Made by a program: the position numbers and the translations under genes
Notes under the pieces: model-generated
Seen by the model: the letters and a program-made list of their open reading frames with translations, nothing else
What the model was told of the DNA's origin: nothing
Databases searched by the model: none
Shown here: positions 45,662 to 54,738 of the stretch, piece after piece
Position numbering within the stretch: the stretch's first letter is position 1
Layout of the letters: each line of letters opens with the position of its first letter
Virus record (IMG/VR): IMGVR_UViG_3300009509_000020
Span: 559-64,558 of that record
DNA from: a virus
Lineage: Duplodnaviria; Caudoviricetes
Reading direction: 5' to 3' (one strand)
Length of the DNA stretch: 64,000 nt

Positions 45662-47604
45662 TGGCAATTTTATTCGATGAGGTAGACGATTATTTTTCTA
45701 TCGCCAACGATGCGAGCTTGACGCTACCAGATGATGATTGGTGCGTAGGTATCTGGACTCGTGTAACTGATAACAGCGGTTCGTTTTATCAATACATTCT
45801 TAGCAACAATAACTATGGAGTAAATAACTCGTTTAATCTATTTCTGGTAGAAGCAGCCGAAGGAGCAGACCCGAACGAATGGGCAATTAACACCGTTGAT
45901 GGTGATGGCACAACCGTATTGTTCGACAGCGGCGCGTCTGCGCCCGGAGCAGATGGGTTGTGGAGATTGATCATAATACAGCGCGTCACTGCTTCTTCTC
46001 AAATACAGATGTGGTTCTGTACGTTTGGTGGAACGCCAGCGATGGTCAACAGCGCATCTGATTCTGGATTCAATGCCGTTGATGGCGGGATTTGGAATAT
46101 CGGGCGGCGCGTGGATGGTAATATAGATAGATATTATGGCAGTATTGCGGCTGAATTTTTCAAGGGCGATTTTAGTCTTAGTCAATCTGAGATCGCTGCA
46201 TTAGGAAGTGGTTGGCCGATTTATGCTCTTGGAAAAGTCCCAGATATTTATCTCATAATGGGTGAATCAGTCGCTACGTTGGTAGATTTATTTGGATCGA
46301 ATGATGCGACGCGCAATAGTGCCCCAACGACAGTTGAGCATGTTCCAATCGTGCGCCCAATCAGTACAACGCCTGTAATAATCGGCCCTACCGCGCCATC
46401 GCCGCCAATCTCTGTCGCTGCTGCTGAATTTATCGTACCATCACATACACAATCGAATCAGCTAACCATCGCCATATACAAACCAGCGATTGGTAGTTAT
46501 ACGCCAGCAGGAACTTTTCTATATAATCTATCTGACACGATAAACGCCTATTCACATACTATCCAGGCATTAGGTGGTTATTGGGAAGCCAGTTTCTCAT
46601 TAGGAGATCGGCTTGGAAAATTGGAAGATTGGCTAGATGGTCTTGGCTGGCACATTGAAGTCTACAATCCTGCATTAGTCAAGATTTGGGAAGGATTCGT
46701 CAACGAAGTGACGCTGGGCGTCGGTGGATTCTCGGTTACACGTGGGCCGCTGATGAATATTGCCAATCGGGTGACGGTATGGTATAGCCTGCTAGATACG
46801 ACAATTACGCCGCCTGCAACTGGTATATCACGGCCTACGCCGATAGCCGAGGATACTGCATCACAGGCAAAATACGGTATCGTAGAAAAGACGCTTTCTG
46901 TAGGTAGCGTAGAGACTACAGATGCAAATCAAATTCGTGATACGTTTTTGGCTGAAAATGCGTTACCAGAAACAGGCAAGAGCGTCAATCTTGGCGGGTC
47001 TGGCTCAGAAGCCTCTATAACGGTAAATTGTTTGGGATATGTTCGTTGGCTCGATTTCTACGTTTATGATGACACTGCGTCTGGCACAAGAACGATAACG
47101 CAGAAAATACAAGATGTCATGGGCGCAGATCCAAATACTCTATTTAGCACAGATTATGCTAATATAGCAACCAATAACTTGCTCGTTTCGAGGTATGATA
47201 CCGAAGAGCGCACAGCTTGGGCGATCATCAAGGCTTTGGTAGCACGTGGCGACGTAAACGATAATCGCTATATTTTTGGAATTTACAATAATCAAGTAGC
47301 ATATTATGATGCTATTCCGACAGATATTGAATATTACCAACGCCTTGCCGATCCATCACAGCGCGTAGAGACGCTATTCGGACAGTGGGTCAAGCCGTGG
47401 GATGTACAGGTCGGAAAATGGCTTTTATTCCCCGATTTTCTAATCGGCAAAGTTCAGCCTACCAATATCAGATTAGACCAGAGGGCAATGTTTATCGAGT
47501 CATTGACCTATACTGCCCCATGGGCGTTGAGCCTGACCGGGGGGAAAGTAAGCTCTTTATCTCAGCGTTTAGCGCGTCTTGGTCTGGGCGGAACGGGAGC
47601 GTGA
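45661..47604 (+). CDS. LamG-like domain fused to tail hub/tip protein
   Basis: N-terminal FD.VDDY...IGRR lectin-like part; C-terminal WEGFV, NRV.V.Y, SQAKYGIVE. Confidence 0.7.
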   Translation: MAILFDEVDDYFSIANDASLTLPDDDWCVGIWTRVTDNSGSFYQYILSNNNYGVNNSFNLFLVEAAEGADPNEWAINTVDGDGTTVLFDSGASAPGADGLWRLIIIQRVTASSQIQMWFCTFGGTPAMVNSASDSGFNAVDGGIWNIGRRVDGNIDRYYGSIAAEFFKGDFSLSQSEIAALGSGWPIYALGKVPDIYLIMGESVATLVDLFGSNDATRNSAPTTVEHVPIVRPISTTPVIIGPTAPSPPISVAAAEFIVPSHTQSNQLTIAIYKPAIGSYTPAGTFLYNLSDTINAYSHTIQALGGYWEASFSLGDRLGKLEDWLDGLGWHIEVYNPALVKIWEGFVNEVTLGVGGFSVTRGPLMNIANRVTVWYSLLDTTITPPATGISRPTPIAEDTASQAKYGIVEKTLSVGSVETTDANQIRDTFLAENALPETGKSVNLGGSGSEASITVNCLGYVRWLDFYVYDDTASGTRTITQKIQDVMGADPNTLFSTDYANIATNNLLVSRYDTEERTAWAIIKALVARGDVNDNRYIFGIYNNQVAYYDAIPTDIEYYQRLADPSQRVETLFGQWVKPWDVQVGKWLLFPDFLIGKVQPTNIRLDQRAMFIESLTYTAPWALSLTGGKVSSLSQRLARLGLGGTGA

Positions 47605-47605
47605 G

Positions 47606-48409
47606 ATGGCGGTACAAGTTCGTAACAATGAGTTAGTCGATCTTTTGCGGGCCGACTTTCAGGCCCGTAGCGAGCCAAACTTTGCCTGGAAGTCGGCCGT
47701 CTCATCGCTTTTGGCATTGCCTGGTATTCGTGGCGTCTGGCCGATGAGTTCATTCGATTCTGCTGGGAATGCCTATGACATGAGTGGACAGGCCAGGACG
47801 TTGACCTACAATGGCAATCCTCTATACAACTACAGCAATCTAGCTCCATACATACAATTCGACGGGACGGGAGATAGACTTACCAGAGCAGATGAAGCCG
47901 GTCTTGATATAACCGGAACAGAAAGTTATGTAGCACCAGTGGCTAATGGGCTGACAATGCTTGGCTGGTTTTACGTCACGGCCTTCGACGTGGCCGCAAA
48001 TGACGGGCTTTTCTCAAAATGGATTACGGCTGGAAACCTGCGCAGCTATCTTCTATATATCCCAACTCCCGCCTCACAAATTGCGACTTTCGTCATATCA
48101 ACTGATGGAATTGCTACCGTTGCTGTCTCTACTACCACTATTTCTATTGGGAGATGGTATTTCATCGCTAGCAGATTCGTTCCCAGCACCTCATTAGATA
48201 TATGGCTCAATGGCACTAAAACCACAAATGCGGTTGGTATCCCGGCAAGTATTTTCAATAGTACTTCTTTATTAGAAATAGGTTCTATGCAAAATGGGGC
48301 TAATCCGTTCAACGGGCGCGCCTCAATGTGCGCTTTGTGCGCAACAGCATTGAGTGATGCGATTATCGGTACGTTATATCAACAAATGAGGACGATGTAT
48401 GGGGTATGA
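47606..48409 (+). CDS. LamG/concanavalin-A domain tail protein
   Basis: AYDMSG, QFDGTGD, GRWYFIA, WLNG, LEIG...FNG; start re-called. Confidence 0.8.
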   Translation: MAVQVRNNELVDLLRADFQARSEPNFAWKSAVSSLLALPGIRGVWPMSSFDSAGNAYDMSGQARTLTYNGNPLYNYSNLAPYIQFDGTGDRLTRADEAGLDITGTESYVAPVANGLTMLGWFYVTAFDVAANDGLFSKWITAGNLRSYLLYIPTPASQIATFVISTDGIATVAVSTTTISIGRWYFIASRFVPSTSLDIWLNGTKTTNAVGIPASIFNSTSLLEIGSMQNGANPFNGRASMCALCATALSDAIIGTLYQQMRTMYGV

Positions 48410-48462
48410 TACAACATGCCCCTGTGTTGCTCAGGCTATGAAGAAGCAAGCAGGCAGTAAAT

Positions 48463-48852
48463 ATGATAGATATTAGTCTTGAGACATCTGAAACAAATAT
48501 GGCGTTGTTGCGCACACAACTTGAGGCCGAAATAACCCAACAGGCATTGATATTATTCAAAGACTTACGGCGTGAATACTCTAATATGAACGAGCGGCTA
48601 CAGGCCCGTGTGGCAGAACTGGAAAAACAACGAGCCGAACATACTCAACAGATAGACGACCTAGCTTTGGCCCTGAAAGGCGCGTTGCGCAAAGAGAAAG
48701 AGTATCAGGCTACGATACGTCGGCTGAACGATGAAGTCAAAGACTTGATGCGAGACCTGGCTTCATTGCGCAATGAGAATGTTGCCCTGAGTCGTGAGGT
48801 CGCCGAATTGCGGTTAGAGGTAGATGGATTTCGGGAGGTAATTCGGGATTGA
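48463..48852 (+). CDS. coiled-coil protein (lysis region)
   Basis: Heptad repeats. Confidence 0.6.
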   Translation: MIDISLETSETNMALLRTQLEAEITQQALILFKDLRREYSNMNERLQARVAELEKQRAEHTQQIDDLALALKGALRKEKEYQATIRRLNDEVKDLMRDLASLRNENVALSREVAELRLEVDGFREVIRD

Positions 48853-48919
48853 AATTGCTGGCAAAGTGTGGTATAATATTGTAGACACCTTATTATATTA
48901 GATGAAAGGATGGTGTGAG

Positions 48920-49453
48920 ATGACCTTAGAAGGATTGATCGGGCAATGGTGGTTTTGGATTGGGGCAATCGCCGTGGTATTTTTTGCCAGCGTTGGTATT
49001 GTCTATGGCCTAAAGGCAGCCAAGAATTGGCTCAAGGGCAAGGCCGATGATCCTGGCAAGGATGAATGGGATCAGGCCTACGAGCTTTTGGCCCCGTTCA
49101 TTGATCAGGTTATCGTCGCCGTATTCAAGTTATCTGAGGCCGCATCAGACGAAGTAGGCAAGCGATTGGATGAAGTAGACAAAGGCGCTCTTGCCGATAC
49201 GCTCTATGATGCAGCGCTTATTTGGGCACTTGAAACTCTCCCCCCCTGGGCAGTAACATTGATTTTTGACTATGTTACCCGCAATAGGTGGCGGGGTATG
49301 GTCGAAGAACGTTTCAACGAGCTTATAGATTTGTGGCGGGAAAAAAGCGGAGAGTTGCTTGATTGGCTGCGTCCAGACGCGCCTATTTCGACGCGGCTCT
49401 TTACGCTTGCTGGAAGCAGGCCGCCAAAGCTACAAATTCATACAACTGCTTGA
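48920..49453 (+). CDS. holin-like membrane protein
   Basis: One N-terminal transmembrane segment followed by a helical domain; end of late module. Confidence 0.4.
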   Translation: MTLEGLIGQWWFWIGAIAVVFFASVGIVYGLKAAKNWLKGKADDPGKDEWDQAYELLAPFIDQVIVAVFKLSEAASDEVGKRLDEVDKGALADTLYDAALIWALETLPPWAVTLIFDYVTRNRWRGMVEERFNELIDLWREKSGELLDWLRPDAPISTRLFTLAGSRPPKLQIHTTA

Positions 49454-49598
49454 CACGCGACTAAATCTATGGTAAAATAGGGTATAGCCAATTGCAGAGG
49501 TGGGGCCTTGTCCCCCTAGCCCAATTCGTCGTTTACTCTGCAATTGGCTGTAGAGAAATAACCTAAACGCGAACGGACTAGGGGGACAAGGCTTTTAT
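49450..49598 (+). promoter_or_regulatory. promoter plus interleaved-helix leader of the Y RNA-Ro60 operon
   Basis: TTGACA-17-TAAAAT; A 49483-99 / A' 49536-52 (17 bp); B 49505-19 / B' 49578-92 (15 bp perfect); TTTT. Confidence 0.75.
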
Positions 49599-49600
49599 AT

Positions 49601-49724
49601 GGCCGAGGTAGCTCAGTTGGCAGAGCGCCACAATAGTCTCATCTCTGTTTTGTCCATAGGCCGGCGGGAGAGGGTTATCGCATACGGGGCAAGGGGTCGC
49701 TAGTTCAAATCTAGCCCTCGGTCA
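49601..49724 (+). ncRNA. circularly permuted YrlA-like Y RNA (tRNA body with internal Ro-binding helix)
   Basis: 8-bp acceptor GGCCGAGG/CCTCGGTC with D and T arms; insert TTGTC-CATA-GGCCGG...GGGTTATC. Confidence 0.8.
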
Positions 49725-49730
49725 ATGGGT

Positions 49731-49795
49731 AGGCGGGCCGGAGTTTCAGCGTTATCTTAAGAAGATGAACCGCTGGACATCAATTTGCCCGCCTT
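49731..49795 (+). ncRNA. short Y RNA
   Basis: AGGCGGGC(C)GGA/TTTGCCCGCCT bulged-C helix, GTTATC motif, second stem TTCAGCG/CGCTGGA; directly upstream of Ro60. Confidence 0.82.
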
Positions 49796-49832
49796 AATTT
49801 TTACCCACGGAAGGGGGTCATAGGGAGCCGAA

Positions 49833-51419
49833 ATGACAAAAACATACCAATCTTTTTCAACGCGGCAAACGCTACAATCACAACCAATTCCTGGCTCAGA
49901 CCAAGTCAAGAATCAGGCCGGGGGTTATGCTTGGCAGATTGACGACTGGCAACGGCTAGAGCGGTTTCTCATCTTGGGCAGTGAGGGCGGGACGTATTAC
50001 GTCGGTGAACAGAAACTTACCTGCCAAAGTGGTGAGGCAACGTTACGTTGCATTAGGACAGATGGGCGGCGCGCCGTGGCGCAAATCGCTGAAGTCTCCG
50101 AGGCTGGGCGAGCGCCAAAGAACGAGCCTGCCCTTTTTGCGCTGGCAATGGCCTTGAAACTGGGGGATTGGACAACGCGCAAGGCCGCCGCTGAGGCGTT
50201 GCCGAGGGTAGCTAGAACTGGTACACACCTTTTGCATTTCTGTGCTTACATGGAGCAATTCGGCGGGTGGGGTCGTATAGCGCGTACGGCCATTGCCAAT
50301 TGGTATAACGGCAAAGAGGCCGATGCGCTGGCCTATCAGGTCGCCAAGTATCCGCAGCGCGATGGATGGTCACATCGGGATGTCTTGCGGCTCTCCCATC
50401 CCCGGCCGGCAAGTGAACAACGCGATCAACTTTACCGTCATATCACAGGGAAAAGGGTAGCAAACGAAAAGCTGCCTGCTATCATTGGGGCGATGCTTGA
50501 GGCACGAACGGCAAATGAAAAGACTATTGTGCGCCTCATTCGAGACGGCGGCCTGACACGTGAAATGCTGCCAACCGAATGCCTGAATTCTATCGCTGTT
50601 TGGGAAGCACTGCTTGAATCCATGCCCCTCACAGCCATGATCCGTAACCTGGGCAAAATGACCTCGATTGGACTTGTCAAGCCGATGTCACAGGCGGCCG
50701 GTAAAGTCATTGCTGAGTTGGATAACACAGAACGATTGCACAAAGCCAGGGTACATCCGGTACAGATTCTTGCGGCAATTATGACCTATAAGACAGGCAA
50801 GGGTTATCGGGGCCGCTTGTCATGGTCGCCAGTCTCACAGGTCGTTGATGCACTTGATAGGGCATTCTATGCCTCATTCGGCAATGTCGTCACGACTGGC
50901 AAGCGGTATTGTTTCGGGCTTGATGTTTCGGGTTCTATGGCCGGCACTCAGGTAAACGGTATTCCGTTCTTGTCTTGCCGCTCCGCCTGTGGAGCTATGG
51001 CGCTAGTATCAGCGGCGCGTGAACCGAATAACTTGTTTGTCGCCTTTGATACTCAGGCATATAACTTGGCGATCTCATCCCGCCAAAGGCTTGACGACGT
51101 GACACGTATCTTGCAGCAAACAGGGGGTGGCGGTACTGATTGTGCCATTCCCATTGCCTATGCCTACCATGCGCAGATACCGATTGATATGTTTGTTGTC
51201 TTGACAGATAGCGAGACATGGTGGGGCAAGATACATCCTGCTCAGGCTATGCAGGAATATCGTCAAAGAATTGGGATGCCGGCCAAGCTGGCGGTTGTAG
51301 CCATGTCGGCAACGCAGACGACGCTTGCCGATCCGCAGGATGCAGGACAAATTAACTTTGTTGGCTTTGATACTGCCACACCACAACTTATCAGTGACTT
51401 TGCGGCCTCTGACCATTGA
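49833..51419 (+). CDS. rsr: Ro60/Rsr TROVE + vWA RNA-binding protein
   Basis: QVKNQAGGY, RLERFLILGSEGGTYY, KY.QRDGWSHRD.LRL.HP, AMIRNLGKMT, LDVSGSM, GGTDC, TDSET, VGFD. Confidence 0.95.
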   Translation: MTKTYQSFSTRQTLQSQPIPGSDQVKNQAGGYAWQIDDWQRLERFLILGSEGGTYYVGEQKLTCQSGEATLRCIRTDGRRAVAQIAEVSEAGRAPKNEPALFALAMALKLGDWTTRKAAAEALPRVARTGTHLLHFCAYMEQFGGWGRIARTAIANWYNGKEADALAYQVAKYPQRDGWSHRDVLRLSHPRPASEQRDQLYRHITGKRVANEKLPAIIGAMLEARTANEKTIVRLIRDGGLTREMLPTECLNSIAVWEALLESMPLTAMIRNLGKMTSIGLVKPMSQAAGKVIAELDNTERLHKARVHPVQILAAIMTYKTGKGYRGRLSWSPVSQVVDALDRAFYASFGNVVTTGKRYCFGLDVSGSMAGTQVNGIPFLSCRSACGAMALVSAAREPNNLFVAFDTQAYNLAISSRQRLDDVTRILQQTGGGGTDCAIPIAYAYHAQIPIDMFVVLTDSETWWGKIHPAQAMQEYRQRIGMPAKLAVVAMSATQTTLADPQDAGQINFVGFDTATPQLISDFAASDH

Positions 51420-51449
51420 CGCCGGGCTAATTCTGTGGTAGAATAGAGT

Positions 51450-51545
51450 CATAAAGGCGGCCTTGGCAAGCCGCGCACAGGATCGTAGCGTTTCTTCTCC
51501 TTTCGCAAAATGCGCCGGAAAGAGCACCCCGGCGCATTTTGTGTT
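51450..51545 (+). ncRNA. candidate sRNA with exposed anti-SD sequence
   Basis: Own promoter TTGACG(51416)-17-TAGAAT; no ORF; TTCTTCTCCTTTCG followed by hairpin caaaatgcgccgg/ccggcgcattttg. Confidence 0.55.
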
Positions 51546-51552
51546 TTAAAGC

Positions 51553-51587
51553 AAGGCCCTGGCCATCACGAGCAGGGCCTTTTGTTT
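51553..51587 (+). terminator. intrinsic terminator
   Basis: aaggccctg...cagggcctt-ttgttt. Confidence 0.7.
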
Positions 51588-51600
51588 ATCAGGGACAATA

Positions 51601-51682
51601 GTTAGAAACTAGTTAGAATCACAAAAACACGCGAAACAGTATGCTAAAGCCGCTTGACAGATAGGGCCATTTGTGGTATACT
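51601..51682 (+). promoter_or_regulatory. promoter with upstream GTTAGA direct repeat
   Basis: TTGACA(51654)-17-TATACT; GTTAGAaactaGTTAGA at 51601. Confidence 0.7.
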
Positions 51683-51713
51683 GTATACATGCTAGAGAGA
51701 AGGAGAGGCAAAG

Positions 51714-51941
51714 ATGACAGAGGAAAGATTCACAGTAAAAAAGTTGTATCTCGGAAGGCACAAAGTTGCGGGCGGTAAGCCAGATTGGACGGGGGCGGGG
51801 TTCGCAGTGGCAAACGGGCGGGGTGAGATCATGACTACCCCAATAGAATTTGAGGTAGCCAGGCCGCCTTATGCGGTCAATGTTTTTGAGACAAAGCAAG
51901 CCGCACAAGCAGAGTGTGATTGGATGAACGAGAATCTATAG
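51714..51941 (+). CDS. hypothetical protein
   Basis: AGGAG RBS after the promoter. Confidence 0.6.
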   Translation: MTEERFTVKKLYLGRHKVAGGKPDWTGAGFAVANGRGEIMTTPIEFEVARPPYAVNVFETKQAAQAECDWMNENL

Positions 51942-52183
51942 GCCAAAGATGACAAAGCGAAGCCACAATTATTCAGGATACAAGGGCAATTACTGGGCCA
52001 TCGTCTTAGGCCCAAAGGGCAATGGCCTCATACCCCTCCCGTTATTTCAATTCGTGAGAACTAGTAACAAGGCCCAATTTATTGAGCGGGCACAAGTAGC
52101 CCATAGGGGTATGATCGTGCGGGCGATTCCGCAGCCTATCCCGCCCGTTTTCAGGGCAGGAATGTAGAGAAAGGGGATAATCA

Positions 52184-52432
52184 ATGAGTCAGGCAATGAT
52201 CTGGAAAAAGCGATACGAGGGCCTATACCTATTCATGGGCCAGGTAATAGTTGGAAATGTCTTTTACACTTGTGTCCGACAAGGCGCGGGGGCATACCGG
52301 GCGGTATCAAAGCTGCCTGGAATAAGAAACGATGTAGACTGTTATTTTGCCACCGAAGATGAGGCGCGGGAAAAGCTCGAAGCGATAACTAGGCAATGGT
52401 TTTTGGCAGTCGGGTATCCAATTCAAGTTTAA
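52184..52432 (+). CDS. hypothetical protein
   Basis: AAGGGG RBS. Confidence 0.55.
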   Translation: MSQAMIWKKRYEGLYLFMGQVIVGNVFYTCVRQGAGAYRAVSKLPGIRNDVDCYFATEDEAREKLEAITRQWFLAVGYPIQV

Positions 52433-52552
52433 GGCAGGAATGTGAGAAGGGAGAAATAGACGATGAAAGTTAAATCGGCACAACAAGAAGCGACTAACCG
52501 GCTTGCGGTGGGAAGGTTGACTTGGATATGAAGCCAAAGAAGGAGGGTAGAT

Positions 52553-53041
52553 ATGTCCCGCAAAAATATTTCTGATTTACAGGTATGTCTAGCTTACAAG
52601 CGGGCCAGAGAACTTAGAGATCTTAATAGAAATAATGTAACTGACCACGTTTGGCCAGAAGACTTACTTGCCGCTTTGACAGGGCAACCAGTCAAGGTGT
52701 GTCTGCGAGCTATGGAGCGGGCTGCGGATCGGGGGTATATTGATTGGGGAGTATCATTGCGGTCGGGATGGCTAACAGAAAAGGGCGTAGAACTTATTGG
52801 CAATGTGATGAAAATTGAACTTGAATTATCAAAAGACATGGCGCGTTCAATAGAAAGGCTTTTGGGTCGTCGCTATGGCAGTCGTAAGGGCATTGAGACG
52901 TTAATCATGTTGGCAGCACAAGAGATAGCTAGACTTGAGGCTGAAAAGATACTACAGGATGAGGAAAATGAAGAGGCCGAAAAATACGGGCATGATTTGC
53001 TAAAAGAAATTGTCTCACAGAAAGGAACAAGCAATGAGTAA
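52553..53041 (+). CDS. hypothetical wHTH-like protein
   Basis: ISDLQVCLAY...KVC.RAMERA..RGYIDWGVSLR.GWLTEKG. Confidence 0.65.
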   Translation: MSRKNISDLQVCLAYKRARELRDLNRNNVTDHVWPEDLLAALTGQPVKVCLRAMERAADRGYIDWGVSLRSGWLTEKGVELIGNVMKIELELSKDMARSIERLLGRRYGSRKGIETLIMLAAQEIARLEAEKILQDEENEEAEKYGHDLLKEIVSQKGTSNE

Positions 53042-53369
53042 ACGAGGAAGGCCGGCCGGGCAATGGCCTCAGCGTCATCTTCGGGTGGCCGCTGAGGCGC
53101 AAGAGTTACAGGCAGTCTGTATTGCCGTGCCAGATACGCGGCAACGCACGATTGTATTATTGGCTACTCCAGACCTGGCAGATGCACTGGCGCTCATAAC
53201 GGCTAATGCACGAGAAATATGGCACGCAACAGACACAATTGCAAGGGCCAATGAGCCGGGTTCTATGATAAGACAAAGCAATTCCATCATAGCCAGGCAG
53301 GCCAAAGAAATATATGACCTGGCAACTGAAGCAAGGGCAGTTCTGAGGGGAGAAGAAACTGATGAATGA
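53034..53369 (+). CDS. hypothetical protein (N-terminal KRGRP AT-hook)
   Basis: AAGGA RBS. Confidence 0.55.
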   Translation: MSKRGRPAGQWPQRHLRVAAEAQELQAVCIAVPDTRQRTIVLLATPDLADALALITANAREIWHATDTIARANEPGSMIRQSNSIIARQAKEIYDLATEARAVLRGEETDE

Positions 53370-54375
53370 AGTGAGTTTGACAAAGGTACTCAGGGCGCAT
53401 CGTCTTTGGCTATATCGGCCCGCGAGCCGATTTGCAAGGCGAGCCGACCTACGCGGGGCCGACTTGACCGAGGCCGACCTGACCAGAGCCGACCTGACCG
53501 GGGCCAATCTGACCGGGGCCGACTTGCGTTGGGTCAACCTGACCGGGGCCGACCTGACCGAGGCCAATCTGACCGGGGCCAATCTGACCGGGGCCGACTT
53601 GCGTTGGGTCAACCTGACCGGGGCCGACCTGACCGAGGTCAACCTGACCGGGGCCAATCTGACCGGGGCCGACCTGACCGAGGCCAATCTGACCGGGGCA
53701 AACTTGTGCGGGACAACCCTGACCGAGGCCAATCTGACCGGGGCCGACCTGACCGGGGCCGACCTGACCGAGGCCAATCTGACCGAGGCCAATCTGACCG
53801 AGGCCAATCTGACCGGGGCCGACCTGACCGGGGCCGACTTGACCGAGGCCGGCCTGCGCGGGGCAAACTTGTGCGGGGCAAACTTGACCGGGGCAAACTT
53901 GTGCGGGGCAAACCTGACCGGGGCCGACTTGACCGAGGCCGACCTGCGCGGGGCCGACTTGACCAGAGCAAACTTGCGCTGGTCAAACTTGGCCGGGGCA
54001 AACTTGACCGGGGCCGGCTTGCGCGGGGCCGACTTGACCGAGGCCGACCTGCGCGGGACAAACTTGACCAGAGCAAACTTGTGCGGGGCAAACTTGACCG
54101 GGGCAAACTTGTGCGGGGCAAGTTTGACCAGTGCAAACTTGTGCGGGGCAAACTTGGCCGGGACATCTGGCAAATTTGCTACTGGCTCATTTGGCCGTCA
54201 TCATGCTATCGCAGCAGGCGGTTATATATCAATTGGCTGTGAGCGTCATACATTTGCCGAATGGTTGGTTCAGTATGAAGAAATCGGACGCAAGTACGAT
54301 TACACCAAAACCGAGATTAAATTATATGGTGATTGGATTAAGGCCGTAGTTAGTTGGCTTGAAGGTGAGTCCTAG
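53362..54375 (+). CDS. pentapeptide repeat protein
   Basis: Long A(D/N)LxG/E array encoded by 15-bp repeats (about 53440-54160); C-terminal ISIGCE.H...W domain. Confidence 0.95.
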   Translation: MNEVSLTKVLRAHRLWLYRPASRFARRADLRGADLTEADLTRADLTGANLTGADLRWVNLTGADLTEANLTGANLTGADLRWVNLTGADLTEVNLTGANLTGADLTEANLTGANLCGTTLTEANLTGADLTGADLTEANLTEANLTEANLTGADLTGADLTEAGLRGANLCGANLTGANLCGANLTGADLTEADLRGADLTRANLRWSNLAGANLTGAGLRGADLTEADLRGTNLTRANLCGANLTGANLCGASLTSANLCGANLAGTSGKFATGSFGRHHAIAAGGYISIGCERHTFAEWLVQYEEIGRKYDYTKTEIKLYGDWIKAVVSWLEGES

Positions 54376-54408
54376 TATACTGATCGCCTAGAAGGAGGAT
54401 AACTAATC

Positions 54409-54738
54409 ATGTATCCTAGTTATGATGCAGAAGATTTCGCCCAAATGAAAGTAAATGCTGGGCGCGGCGGGGTATCATGTGATACCTGCTACTATAACGG
54501 CGATTGCTATTATAGTAGCTGACCCAATAGACAAGAAAAGCACAATTGCCCAGACTGGGCAGAAAGGACGGAACAAGCAGAACAGGCCATTATTGCATTG
54601 AGACATGGAAAGCCAGAAGGTGTGGCTAATTGTCTCGTTGGGATTTTTCAAAGTCGTCTGGCAATGGGAGATGGGCTGCTTGCGGCTTATGAGAAAGCCC
54701 TACTGGCCCATATCGCCGCTGCCAAAAGATTAAGTTAG
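54409..54738 (+). pseudogene. 109-codon ORF interrupted by an in-frame TGA (54520-22)
   Basis: AAGGAGG RBS; CDTC...C..SS*PNRQEKHNCPDW continues in frame to TAG at 54738. Confidence 0.55.

Noticed and set aside
53157-54242. Long alternative-frame and antisense ORFs over the pentapeptide gene; possible CRISPR-like array
   Set aside because: These are shadows of stop-free 15-bp coding repeats, with no unique spacers.
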